A program made the position numbers and the translations under genes. The notes below the pieces were generated by a model. That model saw only the letters and a program-made list of their open reading frames with translations. It had not been told where the DNA came from and did no database searches. From assembly GCA_963693365.1 (NCBI GenBank), contig CAVNZM010000011.1, forward strand, positions 1,782,989-1,846,988: 64,000 nucleotides of DNA. The letters are read 5' to 3'. Each line of letters opens with the position of its first letter. The stretch's first letter is position 1. Source of the stretch: Amoebidium appalachense (lineage: Eukaryota > Protista > Ichthyosporea). Shown one piece after another: positions 1 through 32,652 of the stretch.

Positions 1-132
1 CCTTATGATCTATCGGGCCGTTAAAACTATCAGCATACAAAACATAGTTCCACTTCAGACTTTTCATAATACATTTGACTTCACTTATACGTACATCGGG
101 CTCTTACATGCTTTCAGGATTACTTCTTTGTT

Positions 133-177
<45 letters not shown>

Positions 178-359
178 CACCACCATCACCCAATCCCCAA
201 TGACCACCCGACCACCCGATCACACACACATACGCATGCTCGCATACACGCATGCACGCCCGCACGAACACACACACCTACCAGAGAATATCGGCACGAG
301 ACACACAATGGCAACCACCATCAAACCCATACACTGCTTCCAGCACCTTCCCTGCTGCA

Positions 360-10473
<10,114 letters not shown>

Positions 10474-11085
10474 TTGCGGTGATTATAAATTAAAAGATAG
10501 GTTGTGGCGGAGTATGACCTTCTTGGCGAAGACGGAACGTCAATGAGGTGCCAAGTTAGAAGAGGGTAACGGTGGCGTTTTCTGTTGTGTATGGCAGATG
10601 TACTTGGAGGAACGGGTTGGTTGTGTGTGAAACCAGAGAAGATCTTGGAAAAAACACCAAGCCTGGCTCCTCAAAGGTTCCTAAGGTGGTTGTTCCACAC
10701 AGCACAAGTGTATGCACACGGAAACTATGGTCAACGGGCCTCTACAAGACTAAAATAAGTACAGCAAGGCCCCTTCGCTAAAGGGCTCGTAACTTCCTTC
10801 TTGGCGAGGGCTATAATCGCTATGGCTGTGAGCTCAGTTTAAAAGTTCACTATGCTTACAAGACTCGGATTATGTAATCCAAGGATTTCCTAACCAAAAC
10901 ATTAATCAGGGTCACGGCCATCAACAGCATGTTACAAGATGGCCGTGATCAGGGTGACCAGCCAAATTTGGGATATCTCGGAAATCTAGAGGTGTCTCAG
11001 ATCATGTAACTGTAGCTACTACCCTGTTAAAGTTATTAACGTGCAACCACGGGTGTCCGACGTGTGTGTGTGTGTGTGTGTGCGT

Positions 11086-11144
<59 letters not shown>

Positions 11145-11173
11145 CCATGCGCATGCCGTTAAAGGTTGTAATA

Positions 11174-11325
11174 TTTTCTTTTGACTGGATTTATTCGACG
11201 GAAAGATATGCAAGTATGCACGGCATACTGAGAAGACAATAAAAAACTTTTTTTCTTTTGACTGGATTTATTCGACGGAAAGATATGCAAGTATGCACGG
11301 CATACTGAGAAGACAATAAAAACTT
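11174..11325. repeat. ~77-bp direct tandem duplication at the 3' tail of the retroelement
   Basis: TTTTCTTTTGACTGGATTTATTCGACGGAAAGATATGCAAGTATGCACGGCATACTGAGAAGACAATAAAAA occurs twice in tandem. Confidence 0.9.
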
Positions 11326-12799
11326 CACGAGTTATCCAGTAACAAGTGCATACTGAGATACCTGAACACTGTGTGAAAATCATATAAATACTCAATGTGA
11401 CGACCAACAGAATTCAACAAAAAGTCTAAAGTGTTCACATTGCCAGCTAGTGTAGCAGACGCCCGTAGGGAAAGAGGTAAAACGCGACATAAAAACTCAC
11501 ACCTATCAACATGCTTGCGATTAAAAAGTTCAGCACACGGCCATCTAGAGACTCGTTCAGCACAAAAGTGGCACCAGCGGCGATGAAAACAAGAATTACA
11601 GCGCCACTGCACAACTTCCCAGGCAATATCAACATCAGAGCACCATACAGACTTATCTACTAGGGTGGTATCCATACGTAGAGCAGGAGAAATGTATCCT
11701 GCCAAAGCTCCCAAAAAGCGATAATTATAATGATCAGTACGGTGTTGCCTAAGGAACATAACACATGCCGACTGAGTTGTACCTTTGATTTCTCTATCAG
11801 AACGAGAAAGAAACTTATACTGCGTATGGTAATAACGCGAAAAGGCAGAAAAAACAGGAAGAGAAAAGAAAGAGGGAGTGAGATAGCGAGAGGAAGAATC
11901 AGGTTGAAAGAGGGTAGGCTGAGGACATTCAGAAGTAGCGTTGGTGAATCGGGGGGGAAGAGGGATGGAGGGAGGGGGGGGAAAGAAAGCATAAAGAGGG
12001 TGACCATCAGGTATCCTAACTAAATGAAAACAAAAACGAAGAGACAATTCCTCCATACGACAAACAGCAGACGACAATCCAAACATACTGATCAAGGGAG
12101 GCACAAACCGAGTACGAAACAAAGTGCGCAGCACAGTACCCTGAAAATCGTCGAACTCTTTCAGCGCCACGGCCGCCTCGCGAGGTGGGGCGCAGGCCAA
12201 TAGCGGAAGTCCATATTCGAAAGTCGGCCGTAAAAAAGTTTTATAGTAGAGAAGATGGTTCGCAGGATGGATCACAGACTTGTGGACTCCCGTTGAAGCA
12301 TATTTGACACGATGTGAAGCTTACCCTTCGCACGAGCGATCCGTGCCGTGAGGAGCTTGCGGAAATCAATACCCCGTGCAGTAAAAGGAATACCCAAATA
12401 GTCATAGGTGCTCTGAACAGGAATAGGAAGACCGGCCAATCGAAAGGAAGCGTTTTTGAAAAAGTAGCACACTTTGCAATTCCGACTGTCATGAGATTCT
12501 CGGTGCACCATTGATCCACCTGACGAAGCATAAAAACTTCACGAGTTATCCAGTAACAAGTGCATACTGAGATACCTGAACACTGTGTGAAAATCATATA
12601 AATACTCAATGTGACGACCAAGAGAATTCAACAAAAAGTCTTAAGTGTTCACATTGCCAGCCAGTGTAACAAGCAGACGCCCGTAGGGAAAGAGGTAAAA
12701 CGCGACATAAAAACTCACACCTATCAACATGCTTTCGATTAAAAAGTTCAGCACAAAAGTGGCACCAGCGGCGATCGAAACAAGAATTACAACGCCACT
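11174..12799 (-). mobile_element. 5'-truncated, frameshifted non-LTR (LINE-like) retrotransposon with a duplicated 3' end
   Basis: RT C-terminal motifs LRQVDQWCTENLMTVGIAKC, TYDYLGIPF and LYYKTFLRPTFEYG lie in three different frames. C-terminal CHFC..x..HVDRC zinc-knuckle-like motif. 12530-12799 is a diverged second copy of 11316-11608. Confidence 0.85.
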
Positions 12800-13218
12800 C
12801 GGGTTTCTAAAGGCGTCGTTGTAGATAGGGCAGGCCACAAATCAATGAAAAGCAGGAACCAATGTTGCCAGGCCTGCACTGTACAAAAAACGTGATTTCG
12901 TGGTGACGCAAATTGTATTTGTCGCTCATTCAGTCAGACTGTGCCCCGTCTACGAGGTTCTGGCAGCTGCGACCGGCGCCTGCCCCAAGGATCAAACGGA
13001 GTGTTTCTTTCGGCGTGTTCGTGTGCATGCGCCTGTATGTACTGCATGTACACTTGTTTTGTGGATGTTTGTGCTCACACCGTGTTGGGAGACAGGGCTG
13101 GTTCAAGAATAATTCAAAAGATGTGTTTGTGTGACAAATTGTGTCTATGTGACTTGTGTGTGTGTGTGCGTTTGTGCGGTGTTTGTATATGAGTGTGTCT
13201 GCATGTGTGTGCTTGCAT

Positions 13219-13297
<79 letters not shown>

Positions 13298-13328
13298 GCG
13301 TGTGTGTGCGCGCGCGTGTGTGTGTGTG

Positions 13329-13430
<102 letters not shown>

Positions 13431-13633
13431 ATGCGTGTGTGCGCGTGTATTCGACATACCGTGAAACTAAGTCTGTTCCGTAACATTTAAAGCGGAATCC
13501 GTTCATTTCGACAGTCAGAAACTAGCTGACAAGACTATACGATAGTAAAATAAAAAGGGAAAAGCATCTATCAGCATCTCAAAACCCTTAACATAATTCA
13601 CCCTATGGTTTACATCTCTACTTCTGATCACAT

Positions 13634-13665
<32 letters not shown>

Positions 13666-13780
13666 CCCCGATTCCTCAGCAGAACGTATATACCATAACT
13701 TAAATAATTTCACAATATTACGGATTAGCAAGAGAACATAACACCGGTAGGGGAAACCCACAAATCCCCTGTGTCATGTG

Positions 13781-13943
13781 CTATGGTGGTTGTTTTATCA
13801 ACTCGTAAATCCGATCTCTCAGCGTCTGTAATCGTTCCTTGTCCGGACTCGCTGATTCCTTGGCGATCCTCTCCACCACCGGGAGAAGAGCTTTCGGATT
13901 GACACGATGTTGGATGTTGTCCATTGCATCTAGAAACTGTACG

Positions 13944-13998
<55 letters not shown>

Positions 13999-14147
13999 TA
14001 TGTGTGTACGTATGCGTGTGGGTGTGAATGTGTTTGTGAGTGCGCACACATGTGTTTGTGTTTGCATGTGTGTTTGCGTGCCTGTGACCCAGTATGTGTG
14101 CACGTGAATGGGTGCTTGTCTGTGCTTGTGTGCTTGTGTGTGTGTGT

Positions 14148-14186
<39 letters not shown>

Positions 14187-15260
14187 CATGCGTGTGGATG
14201 GAGGCCTCCAGTATTCGAGCATGTTGGAATCAAGGGTTTGTGATCGAGGAGGGGAGGAGGGGAATTGTTAGACCGCATTACAGAGAAACAGGTACAAATT
14301 TTTATTTTTATTTTAAAAAAAAAACACAATGTAGAGCACAAAAAGCACAAAATATGCGTCACAAACAGAGCCATCCTTCGGGGGGGTGGAGGAGGGGGAG
14401 GGAGGGGGGGGGGGGGGGGAGGGGGGGGGGGGGGGGGGGGGGGGGATGCAAGAGGCTAAAACAACACTAACAGCACATCTACGAACACCTCAGCAAAGGG
14501 TGCAGGTATAACACAATAAAAACATCACTGAAAGCAACACACCCACACACCCACACACACCAACGCACTTGTGCAAGTCCACGTAACGTGAACACTCAGG
14601 CAGGCAAGCATAGACACTACGAACCCACATGTGCTCATGTGAACGGGTATATGGTCACAACTATGTGGCCCGAAAAAAAAAGTTCATAAAACACACACGA
14701 ACCACACCAAATGTAACACACACACACTCCCCCCTTCCCCCCCCCCCACACGACCGCCGGCACGCGTGCACGCACACACGTGTCACGCCTCCCAATCAAC
14801 AACAAACAAATCAAAGAAACACTCAATGAACAAATCACAACTGCCCCAAATAACTACCACAACCAGTACATTTGCAACACCTCCCCAAGCTACCACGGCA
14901 TTTAAGCACAGACACAAACGTGCACACGCAAGCCTGACGAAACATAAAAACATCGACCTCCCCCTCCCTCCTCCCCCCCCCCTCCCCCCCCCCAAAAAAA
15001 AAAAAAAACACACAAGTACACACATCAAACACACAAATGCAAAGACTCACAGTCCACCTGTCAAACCGAGCACACACACACTCAAACCAACAACCCCCCC
15101 CCCCCCCCCCCCAACCAACACGCACACACACACAGACCCACAAACCTACCCACACCTACACACTCACACAACATCCCCTCCCCCCCCCCTATCCCTACAC
15201 ACACACAGCCAATGCCCAGCCCCCCCTCCCCACCCTCCACACCCCCCCCCCCCTCAAAAA

Positions 15261-15329
<69 letters not shown>

Positions 15330-17056
15330 CACGCACACGCACACAAACACACACCTGCTCAACTCCCTCCAAGGCTCGTCCTCCAGGATACACCCCAAGT
15401 GCAGTGTCATAAACCCCCGCCTTGGCCGGCACCCCGTTCAACCTCATCACAACCAACACCCTTTCAACCCCCCTCCTATCCCCTGCTTTTGTGTAAGCGC
15501 CGATAACCGTTTGGTATTCTTTTGGCCCCGGGATAAACCCCAGATGAGGGAGGGTATGAAGCATTCCCTCTGCTTCTAGTGCCTGACCGGATTCCCCGAG
15601 GGTAGATAGAATGCTTTGATACAGCACTGGGCCGATTGGAACTATCCGGGTAGATCGAATGGCGGCAATGATCTTATCGGCTCCTCGGAAATTTCCCGTT
15701 TTGATGTACGCCCTGTTTGAGGTCAAACCGTAAGATGGCTGGAAAATGCATCGCCAAAAGGAAATGTCGTCAAGCAGACACCAGGAGGGATCGGAAAAAG
15801 GGCGGCTGGGGGGGGGGAGGAGGGGGGGCACGGGCATGTTGTATGCGATATGAAAGCAGATATCAAGAAAAAACGAAAAATCAAGAAACCGTGGGAGTTT
15901 GGGGGAAGGGGGGGGGAGGTGGTAATGCAAAACTTGCTCTTCAAAACATGCTCTTTTGTAAACCCTATCGAAGAGCCTAGAATGAAAAGAAATCAAGCTC
16001 AAAATGGGGCAAATTTGTGTGGTGGTGGTGGTGGTGGTTTTGTGGGTGTGTACGTGTGTAGAGTGGGTTTTGTGTGTCTGTGTGCGTGTTTTTCAGGGGA
16101 AAAGAGGGGGAGGGTGGGGAGAGGGGGGGGGGGGGGGGGGTGTTGATGAGATGCCCGGCTTGAACTGAAAACACAATATACCAGTGAGCAACATTAGGCT
16201 GAACACCAGTAGATGGAAATCATTCAACACACCCAGGAGGGGAAACAACGAGGAGAAGGGAGGGGCAACTTTAACACTAAGTTCAGGCCACATATCGCAT
16301 AATGAACTTGACACGTGTACGGAAAGAGGAGAAACACGAGAGACAAGGGGCATGGGAAAGGATGTGGTGCACGGTAGGGAATGCAAAGACGCACAACAAA
16401 ACATAAAGTGCGCACATATGTATCTCTGCAGCGCGGGGGGGGGGGGGGGGGGGGGTATGTTTAGAGGGTGAATGAGGAGGAGCATGGAAAGTGTAGAAGG
16501 GGCTCAATAGGAGGGGAAGGGGGAGGGGGAAGGGTTGGGGGGGGGGGGGGGGGGGGAGGGATGCTTGGGTGGGAAACACATAGAGCTACAAGATAAAGGT
16601 TTGAATGATCACATTCCGAAAAAACGCCTAACGAGAACCATCACAGGACATTTCACTCAGCAAGTAAGGGCAACGCTGGTGTCGCATTTCAGGAGAATAT
16701 GACGGATTTGCATTCATAATGGGACACTATGCACCCTATATCAAGATACACCATGAAAGTATGGTGCCAACGAGGTAGACGAGTGGAAGGGAGGGATTTG
16801 TACACGTTGGGGGGGAAAGGAAAGGAAGAAGGAGGAAGAAAAAGGAGGGGAAGGGGGGGGGTCCCTTAGAATGTAGGGGAAATGCAAATTCTTCTGTAAA
16901 GGGGTGCAGGCAGAGAGGCAGCATACACACAGGAAAGAGATTACAAAAAGATACATGGCAAAAGACGGCATGGTACAAGAAATTTACCAGGACACAATAA
17001 CTCGTCGAGGGTAAGGGGAAAAGTGGATGTATACTAGAAATGCATGTGTGTGTGTG

Positions 17057-17090
<34 letters not shown>

Positions 17091-17239
17091 TGAATGCGGA
17101 ACACGGTACGAAGTACGCATACACGATGAGAAGCATGGTGCAGGACACATGCAAAGGCAAACATTCAAGTATGCAACATCAGCCATGCGCACAGTATGCG
17201 TCATAAGCAGAGCCCATCCTCAGGGAGGGCCCAAGTCAT

Positions 17240-17273
<34 letters not shown>

Positions 17274-17752
17274 TTGAATGCGGAACACGGTACAAAGTAC
17301 GCATACACGACGAGGGAGGGGGGGGGGGGGGGGGGGGTTGAGGGAGGGAGGGAGAGAGAGAGCCACAGATCGAGGTATTGACAGGGAAAAGGGGCGAAAG
17401 AGATTAGAGAAGGGGTATGTGAGGAGGAATAGTTAAAAAGCGGGGAGGGGTTGGTAAGATATTTGTTGAACTACAAAAGCGAAAGGAGCAGGAAAGGGGT
17501 AGGTTCAGGAAGAGAGCAAGAGAGCAAGAGAGCAAGAGAGCGAGGGAGAGAGGAAGGAGAGCGAGAGAGCGGGAGAGTGAGGGAAAGAGGAAGCGAGGGA
17601 GGGAGGGAGGGAGGGAGGGAGGGAGGGAGGGAGGGAGGGAGGGAGGGAGGGAGGGGGGGGGGGGGGGGGGGGGGGGGAATGGAGGGAGAAACTGGGAGGG
17701 AGAGACGAGAGGGTGTGGGGGGAGAGAGAGAGACGGGGGGGGGGGGGGGAAG

Positions 17753-17790
<38 letters not shown>

Positions 17791-17811
17791 GGGAGGCAAG
17801 AGAGAGTGTGT

Positions 17812-17868
<57 letters not shown>

Positions 17869-18725
17869 GGGGGGGGGGGGAGAGAGAGAGAGAAAGACAG
17901 AGAGAAAGAGAGAGAGACGGGGGGGGGGGGGGGGGGGGGGAAGGGTTCGAAAGATAGAGGTGTCACGTACTGCCCATAGAAGCTCCATTCGTGAAAAAAA
18001 ATCCAGAAAGGGAGGTCGGTGTTTGGCAAAGGGCAAGGGAGGGGGGGGGAGGGGGAGGGGCGGTCGGGGGGGGGGGGGGGGGTTCGACATATCCTCACCC
18101 ACCTCAAAAAGTCGAAAAAAAGTTGCTTATTCGGGGCCACACCTCGACTCTGCATGTCCAACATAATCTTGGACAGCGTATCCAAATCCCCGTGCTCTGC
18201 ACACTCCCTCGTCACCCGTGTATATGCATCGGCAGTAGGGGGTAAACCCAACTCTATAAGACCTTGCAATGTCAGAAACATGCCTTGCGTGTCTTTCTCC
18301 CTTGATAGTTTTTCTATCAAAACCAGCAGCATTTTCAGATTCGGTTGGAGCTTGTCTGCCTTCAAAAGTCGAACGACCGATTTCGCCGTGTTCAACGGGC
18401 TGGCCGCTATGAGGATCGAGTAGTGGGACGGCTTTATCGTTTTTCTTTGACGCAAACTACTAAAATACGCCCATCCCTCTCTTTGTTTCCCCGTGCTCAA
18501 AAGCTCGCTCAATTTCGCGCATGTTTGCTGCTCCTCGCTCGGTGGTGGAGGCACCCACTTCCTTTCCTTCGATGTCGCGAATAACCTTCTAACGACCGCA
18601 TTATTCATATATTGTGTGTGTTCCAGGTTTGATGTTTGGCTGGTAGGCCGCAAGGGTATAGTCCGAGAAAAGGAAAAAAGATTCAGCGAAGTGCCTCGTC
18701 TGGGAAGGCACCAGCGCGCTGCCAT
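13781..18725 (-). CDS. Pentatricopeptide-repeat (PPR) protein, probably mitochondrial, 3 exons (~381 aa)
   Basis: Exons 18725-18103, 15712-15355 and 13945-13781 are phase-compatible (FFDFLR|AYIKTG; GVEQ|NVQF). 35-aa PPR-like helical repeats ([29 protein letters not shown]; [23 protein letters not shown]). Arg/Ser-rich, acid-free N-terminus. Confidence 0.85.
17088..17239 (-). mobile_element. Full-length copy of the ~150-bp interspersed repeat, followed by a partial tandem copy at ~17271-17310
   Basis: Near-identical reverse complement of 24772-24919; flanked by poly-G on the + strand at both ends. Confidence 0.85.
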
Positions 18726-20967
18726 GTGTTCATGGGTTAAGTGGTGGGAAGGGGGCGCGTGGGTCTAACCTGGCCTTCCTCCTTAAAGGTATAATGTGCG
18801 CCATGTGCCACCTACCCATACTTCTACATTAGAAAACAACCCACGCAACCCTCTCTCAGTGTGTATACAACTTTTACCTCACTCCCTTGCCTCCTATATA
18901 TGCACAGTCAACTCGGCAGGCTCTATCGTTGCCCCTTTCTAGAAGAGTGGTGAAGTGTCTAAAAGGTGTATATGAAGATGTGTGCAGAAATAGAGATAAC
19001 ACCTTTGATAATTAAAAAAAGGACCTCTAGGTCCCATATCCTCAGAAAAGCCCAGACCTAGCACATGGATTGCTCCGTCACTCACTATATAGTCTAAAAC
19101 ACACTTGGTAAAGGTAACGTAATGCTTCAACCAAAGAAACTGTTGTTGTTTAGAGACAAGTAGCCCACTATTTCTGGACTATAAATATGTATAGCTATAT
19201 TGCTGTGATTTTTCACTTCTTCTAAGTGCATGTGCCCTTCCTTACTCCCTCAAAAGCCTTAAAACTCCCTCACACTTTCTCTCTCCCTCTCCGGGCTCCG
19301 CCCATGCACACATGATGATCTGAACAAGAGTGTTTCAATAGAGGGAAGGGGGATTTTTGCAAGATTATTTTCTATTTCCTTTCATGAGCCAATCATAACT
19401 GCATAAACAGACCCATAAATAGTAAATACGCGCATTTTGCTTGGACCCCTTTTTACCAGCATTTTCCACCGCCCATGCAACCCTAATGGAATTTACGCAA
19501 AGCGACTTAAGGGGTAATGAAAGCATGGCCCTTTGGGCGTTCCAAAATAGACTGTTCATATCAAAGGTTTACTATTTATAGGCATGTGAGCCTCTGGTCA
19601 CGGCCCTTTGAAAGGAGGGCCGTGGCCGTGCTCTGGTGGGCCCAGTGGGCTGTCCCTTAGACTTTTTTGATCAGGGGAGACTGGTGCGCATGCATGCACC
19701 CAGCCAACTCTATAGAGTGGAGAGACAGACCAGAGAGCTCGAGGGGGAAAAAGAGAGAGAGAGGAGCTCGAGAGAGAGAGAGACAGAGCTTTAGCGCACT
19801 TTCCAAATAGCAACTAATCACGTCTTTTGCCTTTTGCGGGCTAAGCTTCATGGTTTTTTGAAGTACTTATAGCCATCTAGGTTAACAAAGGGTGACTACG
19901 GCGTCAATCCATGAGCTTCGTCACGCCTGTGGCAGGGATCTGATCGTTTTTTCTGTCTAAGAATTCCTGGATACGGCTATAGACTTGGTGTTGGTGTCAG
20001 GTCGCAAACTCCTGCAGTTTCAGTAATACCTTTCAAGCGCTGCTGCCTTCTTTTAGCTTGCCGGTACGTCCCTGTTCTTTTTCTGCCCATGGATGGCCGA
20101 TGTAAAAGAGCGTTGTGGTGATGGGGTGTTCGGGGTGCGCATTTCTGATGTGCAATGTGCCGTGTGTGTGATTGATGATTCACAGCCCAAATGTCCCAGC
20201 ATTTCCCACTGTTGTGTGTTTGCCCGTGTGAGTGCGTCTCGGTTGTGCATGCGTGAGTGCGTGTGTGGTCTCGTGTGTGCATGTGTGTGTATCCGTCCCT
20301 GCGTGCGTTTGTTTTGCCTCCTCACGCGTATGTAGTCTAACATTCGGTTGCTCTTCCGGTCGCTGATTTTTACACATGCTTTCCACTTGCTTGCTTAACT
20401 TAGTAGACCCTGGTAAGTGCAAGAGGAAGAAAGTCGTCTAAGTCAGGAAAATGTGGTACGGGGTGGAGAAGGGAGGCGGGGAACAGGGGGAGAGAGCTGA
20501 TTGAGCTGCAAGAGTGAGGAATGTGAAGTGGTACAGAAAGGAGGTCGGCGAGAAAGAGTAACGGATTGAGCGAAGAGCAGAGGATATTGGATTTAGGGAC
20601 TGAACAGGGTAGAGAGGTGGTGACTGCATGTGTACATGCATACGTTTTTCCGTATGTCACACTAATGCACAGAGAGAGGGATAGAAGGACAGGGAGAGAG
20701 AGAGGAGGGGCGTTTGGGGGGGGGGGGGGGGGGGGGGGGGGGAGAGAGAGAGAGAGAGGAGTTCTGGAGAAAGAGGGGGGGGGGTTTGGGGTGTAGGGAG
20801 AGAAAGAGGGTGTTTGTGTTTGTGTGTGAGGGTGGGGGTGTAGGGAGAGAAAGAGGGTGTGCTTGTGAGGGAGGGAGAGAGGGGGGGTTTGGGGGAAGAG
20901 AGAGAGAGAGAGAGTTAAACTGATTGACTGACTTGCTTCTGCCAGGACACCCAGAGATATATTGAAA

Positions 20968-29960
<8,993 letters not shown>

Positions 29961-30763
29961 ATTGTTCAATCGGATGAGTCCCCCTATTGGTGCGCTCACT
30001 ACACTCATGCCTGGGGTTTATTTAAATATTTGATAACCCTAAGGTTTTCTTTCTTTTTCGTGTATATGTACGTGGGCTCGGTGTGAGAAGGGTGGGGGGG
30101 AGGGGGGTTCTTATCATTATTTCCACTCTCGTGATTGGTGCATAGTGAGAGCTTTCGAGTTTCGTATAGTTTTACTGCACTCTCCGTCTTTTCCTGATAT
30201 GTGCCGGTCTAGGTGGTTTTTGGTTGCATAAAATGGATCTATTTGACCATAGCAGCTAGTGTTTGGAAAGCACGTTTTGCCACCTTATTTAACTTTTGGG
30301 GGTGAAGAGAGGATGAATTGGATTTTTGTTTCTTTTATTTTTCTTTCTTTCGTTTATTCTTTTTTTTTTTTTTCCCCGCTGGCAAGGGGAGAGGGGAGGG
30401 GAGTGAGGGATAAAACTGGTGTTGGTTTGTTGGAGTAAACACCAACGCAAGAGGCTAAATCAGTTCCGAAGTTTCAGATACATCTGTATGAGTAGGGGTG
30501 TTAGTACGTACCTTACCGAAGCTCTTTTTTAGTTGTTGTTGTGTTTTGTTTTTTTGTTCGGTTTGGACTTGCTTCGTGCCTAGTAACAGGTTTTATCTCT
30601 GCCCGGTCGTGTAAGTAATGATTGGTTGAAAATGCACCGGAAAGCACACCCAATCAAGGGATGAAATGAATTGCGCAACTTTCTGTGATTGATCCGACAT
30701 CTGAATGCGATTAGCCCGACCCTGGTGGTTGGGTACGAGTAAATGCCTCAAGGTGTCAACTGT

Positions 30764-30825
30764 GCACATGCAACGCGAATTCTTCGTTCATGAGCACATG
30801 CAACGCGAATTCTTCGTTCATGAGC
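30764..30825. repeat. 30-bp perfect tandem duplication
   Basis: GCACATGCAACGCGAATTCTTCGTTCATGA x2. Confidence 0.9.
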
Positions 30826-30888
30826 TCCCCCTCCTCCCCTCCCCCCCTCCACCCCTTTTTGTTACTGTGTTTATGTGCGTATATAATG

Positions 30889-30946
<58 letters not shown>

Positions 30947-31162
30947 GCGCGCACGTGTCTGTGTTCGTGTGTTTTTGAGTACGTGTGTATAAGTGTGTGT
31001 TGTGTCCCCAAGGGGGGGGGGAGTGAGAATTCCGTGGCTCCCCCTCCTCTACATTCCAGCTAGGTCCCTTCGCCCGCATTATAATTAATTTGTTGGTTCT
31101 GCGACATTCTGTGACCCTCCCTTTCAGCCTGATATCATGGGCAATTTCGGATTGTTCCCCCC

Positions 31163-31193
<31 letters not shown>

Positions 31194-31429
31194 AAAAAAA
31201 AATATGTAGCTGCCCGGTACCCGGCCAACACAACGTACGTTAACGCACATGCATGTGTACATGCGCACCCACAGACACCGCACCTGGCTAGTCTGTATTG
31301 GGGCTTGAACATGGCATTATCTCGAAACCCAATCATTCGGATCCGGAATCGATCGATTCTTCTTTGTTTGGGAGGTGGAGGTGGGGGGTTCAGTATGGGG
31401 ATGGTTGTTGGGAAGGGCCCCGGGGGGGG

Positions 31430-31497
<68 letters not shown>

Positions 31498-31855
31498 TGA
31501 CGGACTGGGAAGGGCAGGGTAGTTTTTGGCGTATGTGAAGTCGAGAAGACGGCAAGGCAAGGATCAGGTCTACTTGCAGCTTTATTGCCAACTCTGTCTG
31601 CTATAACTGTACCCAAAGTCACCCTCCTGTCATAAGACTGCAGTATTTGCACCAGGCTATTTATGTGCTAATCCGTCACGTCAGACTCTCAAGACGAAGT
31701 GTTGAGCGATATGAAGTCACCCATTTCAGTGACTACTCTGGATCTAAGTAGTACTAATACATAGCTAATTTATCATTTATGCACTCGACAGGAGATCTCC
31801 TTCACACCGAACATTATGTCTGAGCACTCTCCAGCCTCATTCACCAAATGGGGCG

Positions 31856-31889
<34 letters not shown>

Positions 31890-32220
31890 TCCTCCCCCTG
31901 CTCTACCCTCCCCGGTTCCTCATGAACGGGGGCATTGGAGGCCTGCAAATCGGCTGAGTCGCTGCGTCAAATTTCAAACATGCCACAACAGGACAAGAAC
32001 CAAGAACCGAAAATGAATCTGGGCTAATCCCTAGCAAGTTTATGCTTTACACTAACATCCGCAATGTAGTAGACCACTTATAGCAACGAAAAACTAGAGC
32101 CCGAGTACTTACAATATTATCTTAATGCCATGAGAGTTTGAACTCCGAGTTTTCCTGTGCGAATATTGTCAGACTGAATGCAAAATTTCTTGTGCCCCCC
32201 TCCCCCTCCCCTCCTATCCC

Positions 32221-32298
<78 letters not shown>

Positions 32299-32324
32299 TC
32301 ACTCACTCACTCACACACATGTCG

Positions 32325-32609
32325 CTCAGCGCAGGGCAGGTCCCATGACTGTTCGATGAGGTGCCTAAGGGTCACGGCAAGGAGGTCGGCCCGGGGGAAA
32401 AGGTGTGTGGTGTATACCGATTGGCCATAGCCAAATCTTTTTGGGTGTGTCTGCCTTGTTGCTGCACCTTCGAGAATCATCCCTGTTCCAGTGTTGGATG
32501 GTTCTTTTGGTATATTTTGCGCTGCGCTGTACGCTTCCATTCTGTCTCCTATCGTCCACTGCATATGTAGACCCACCCACCTCCTCGCATACATAAACCC
32601 CCCTCTTAA

Positions 32610-32652
<43 letters not shown>

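Noticed and set aside
17086-17100. GGTTTGAATGC as a tRNA B-box, implying a tRNA-derived SINE
   Set aside because: It lies at the element edge with no A-box or cloverleaf; no tRNA gene could be folded.
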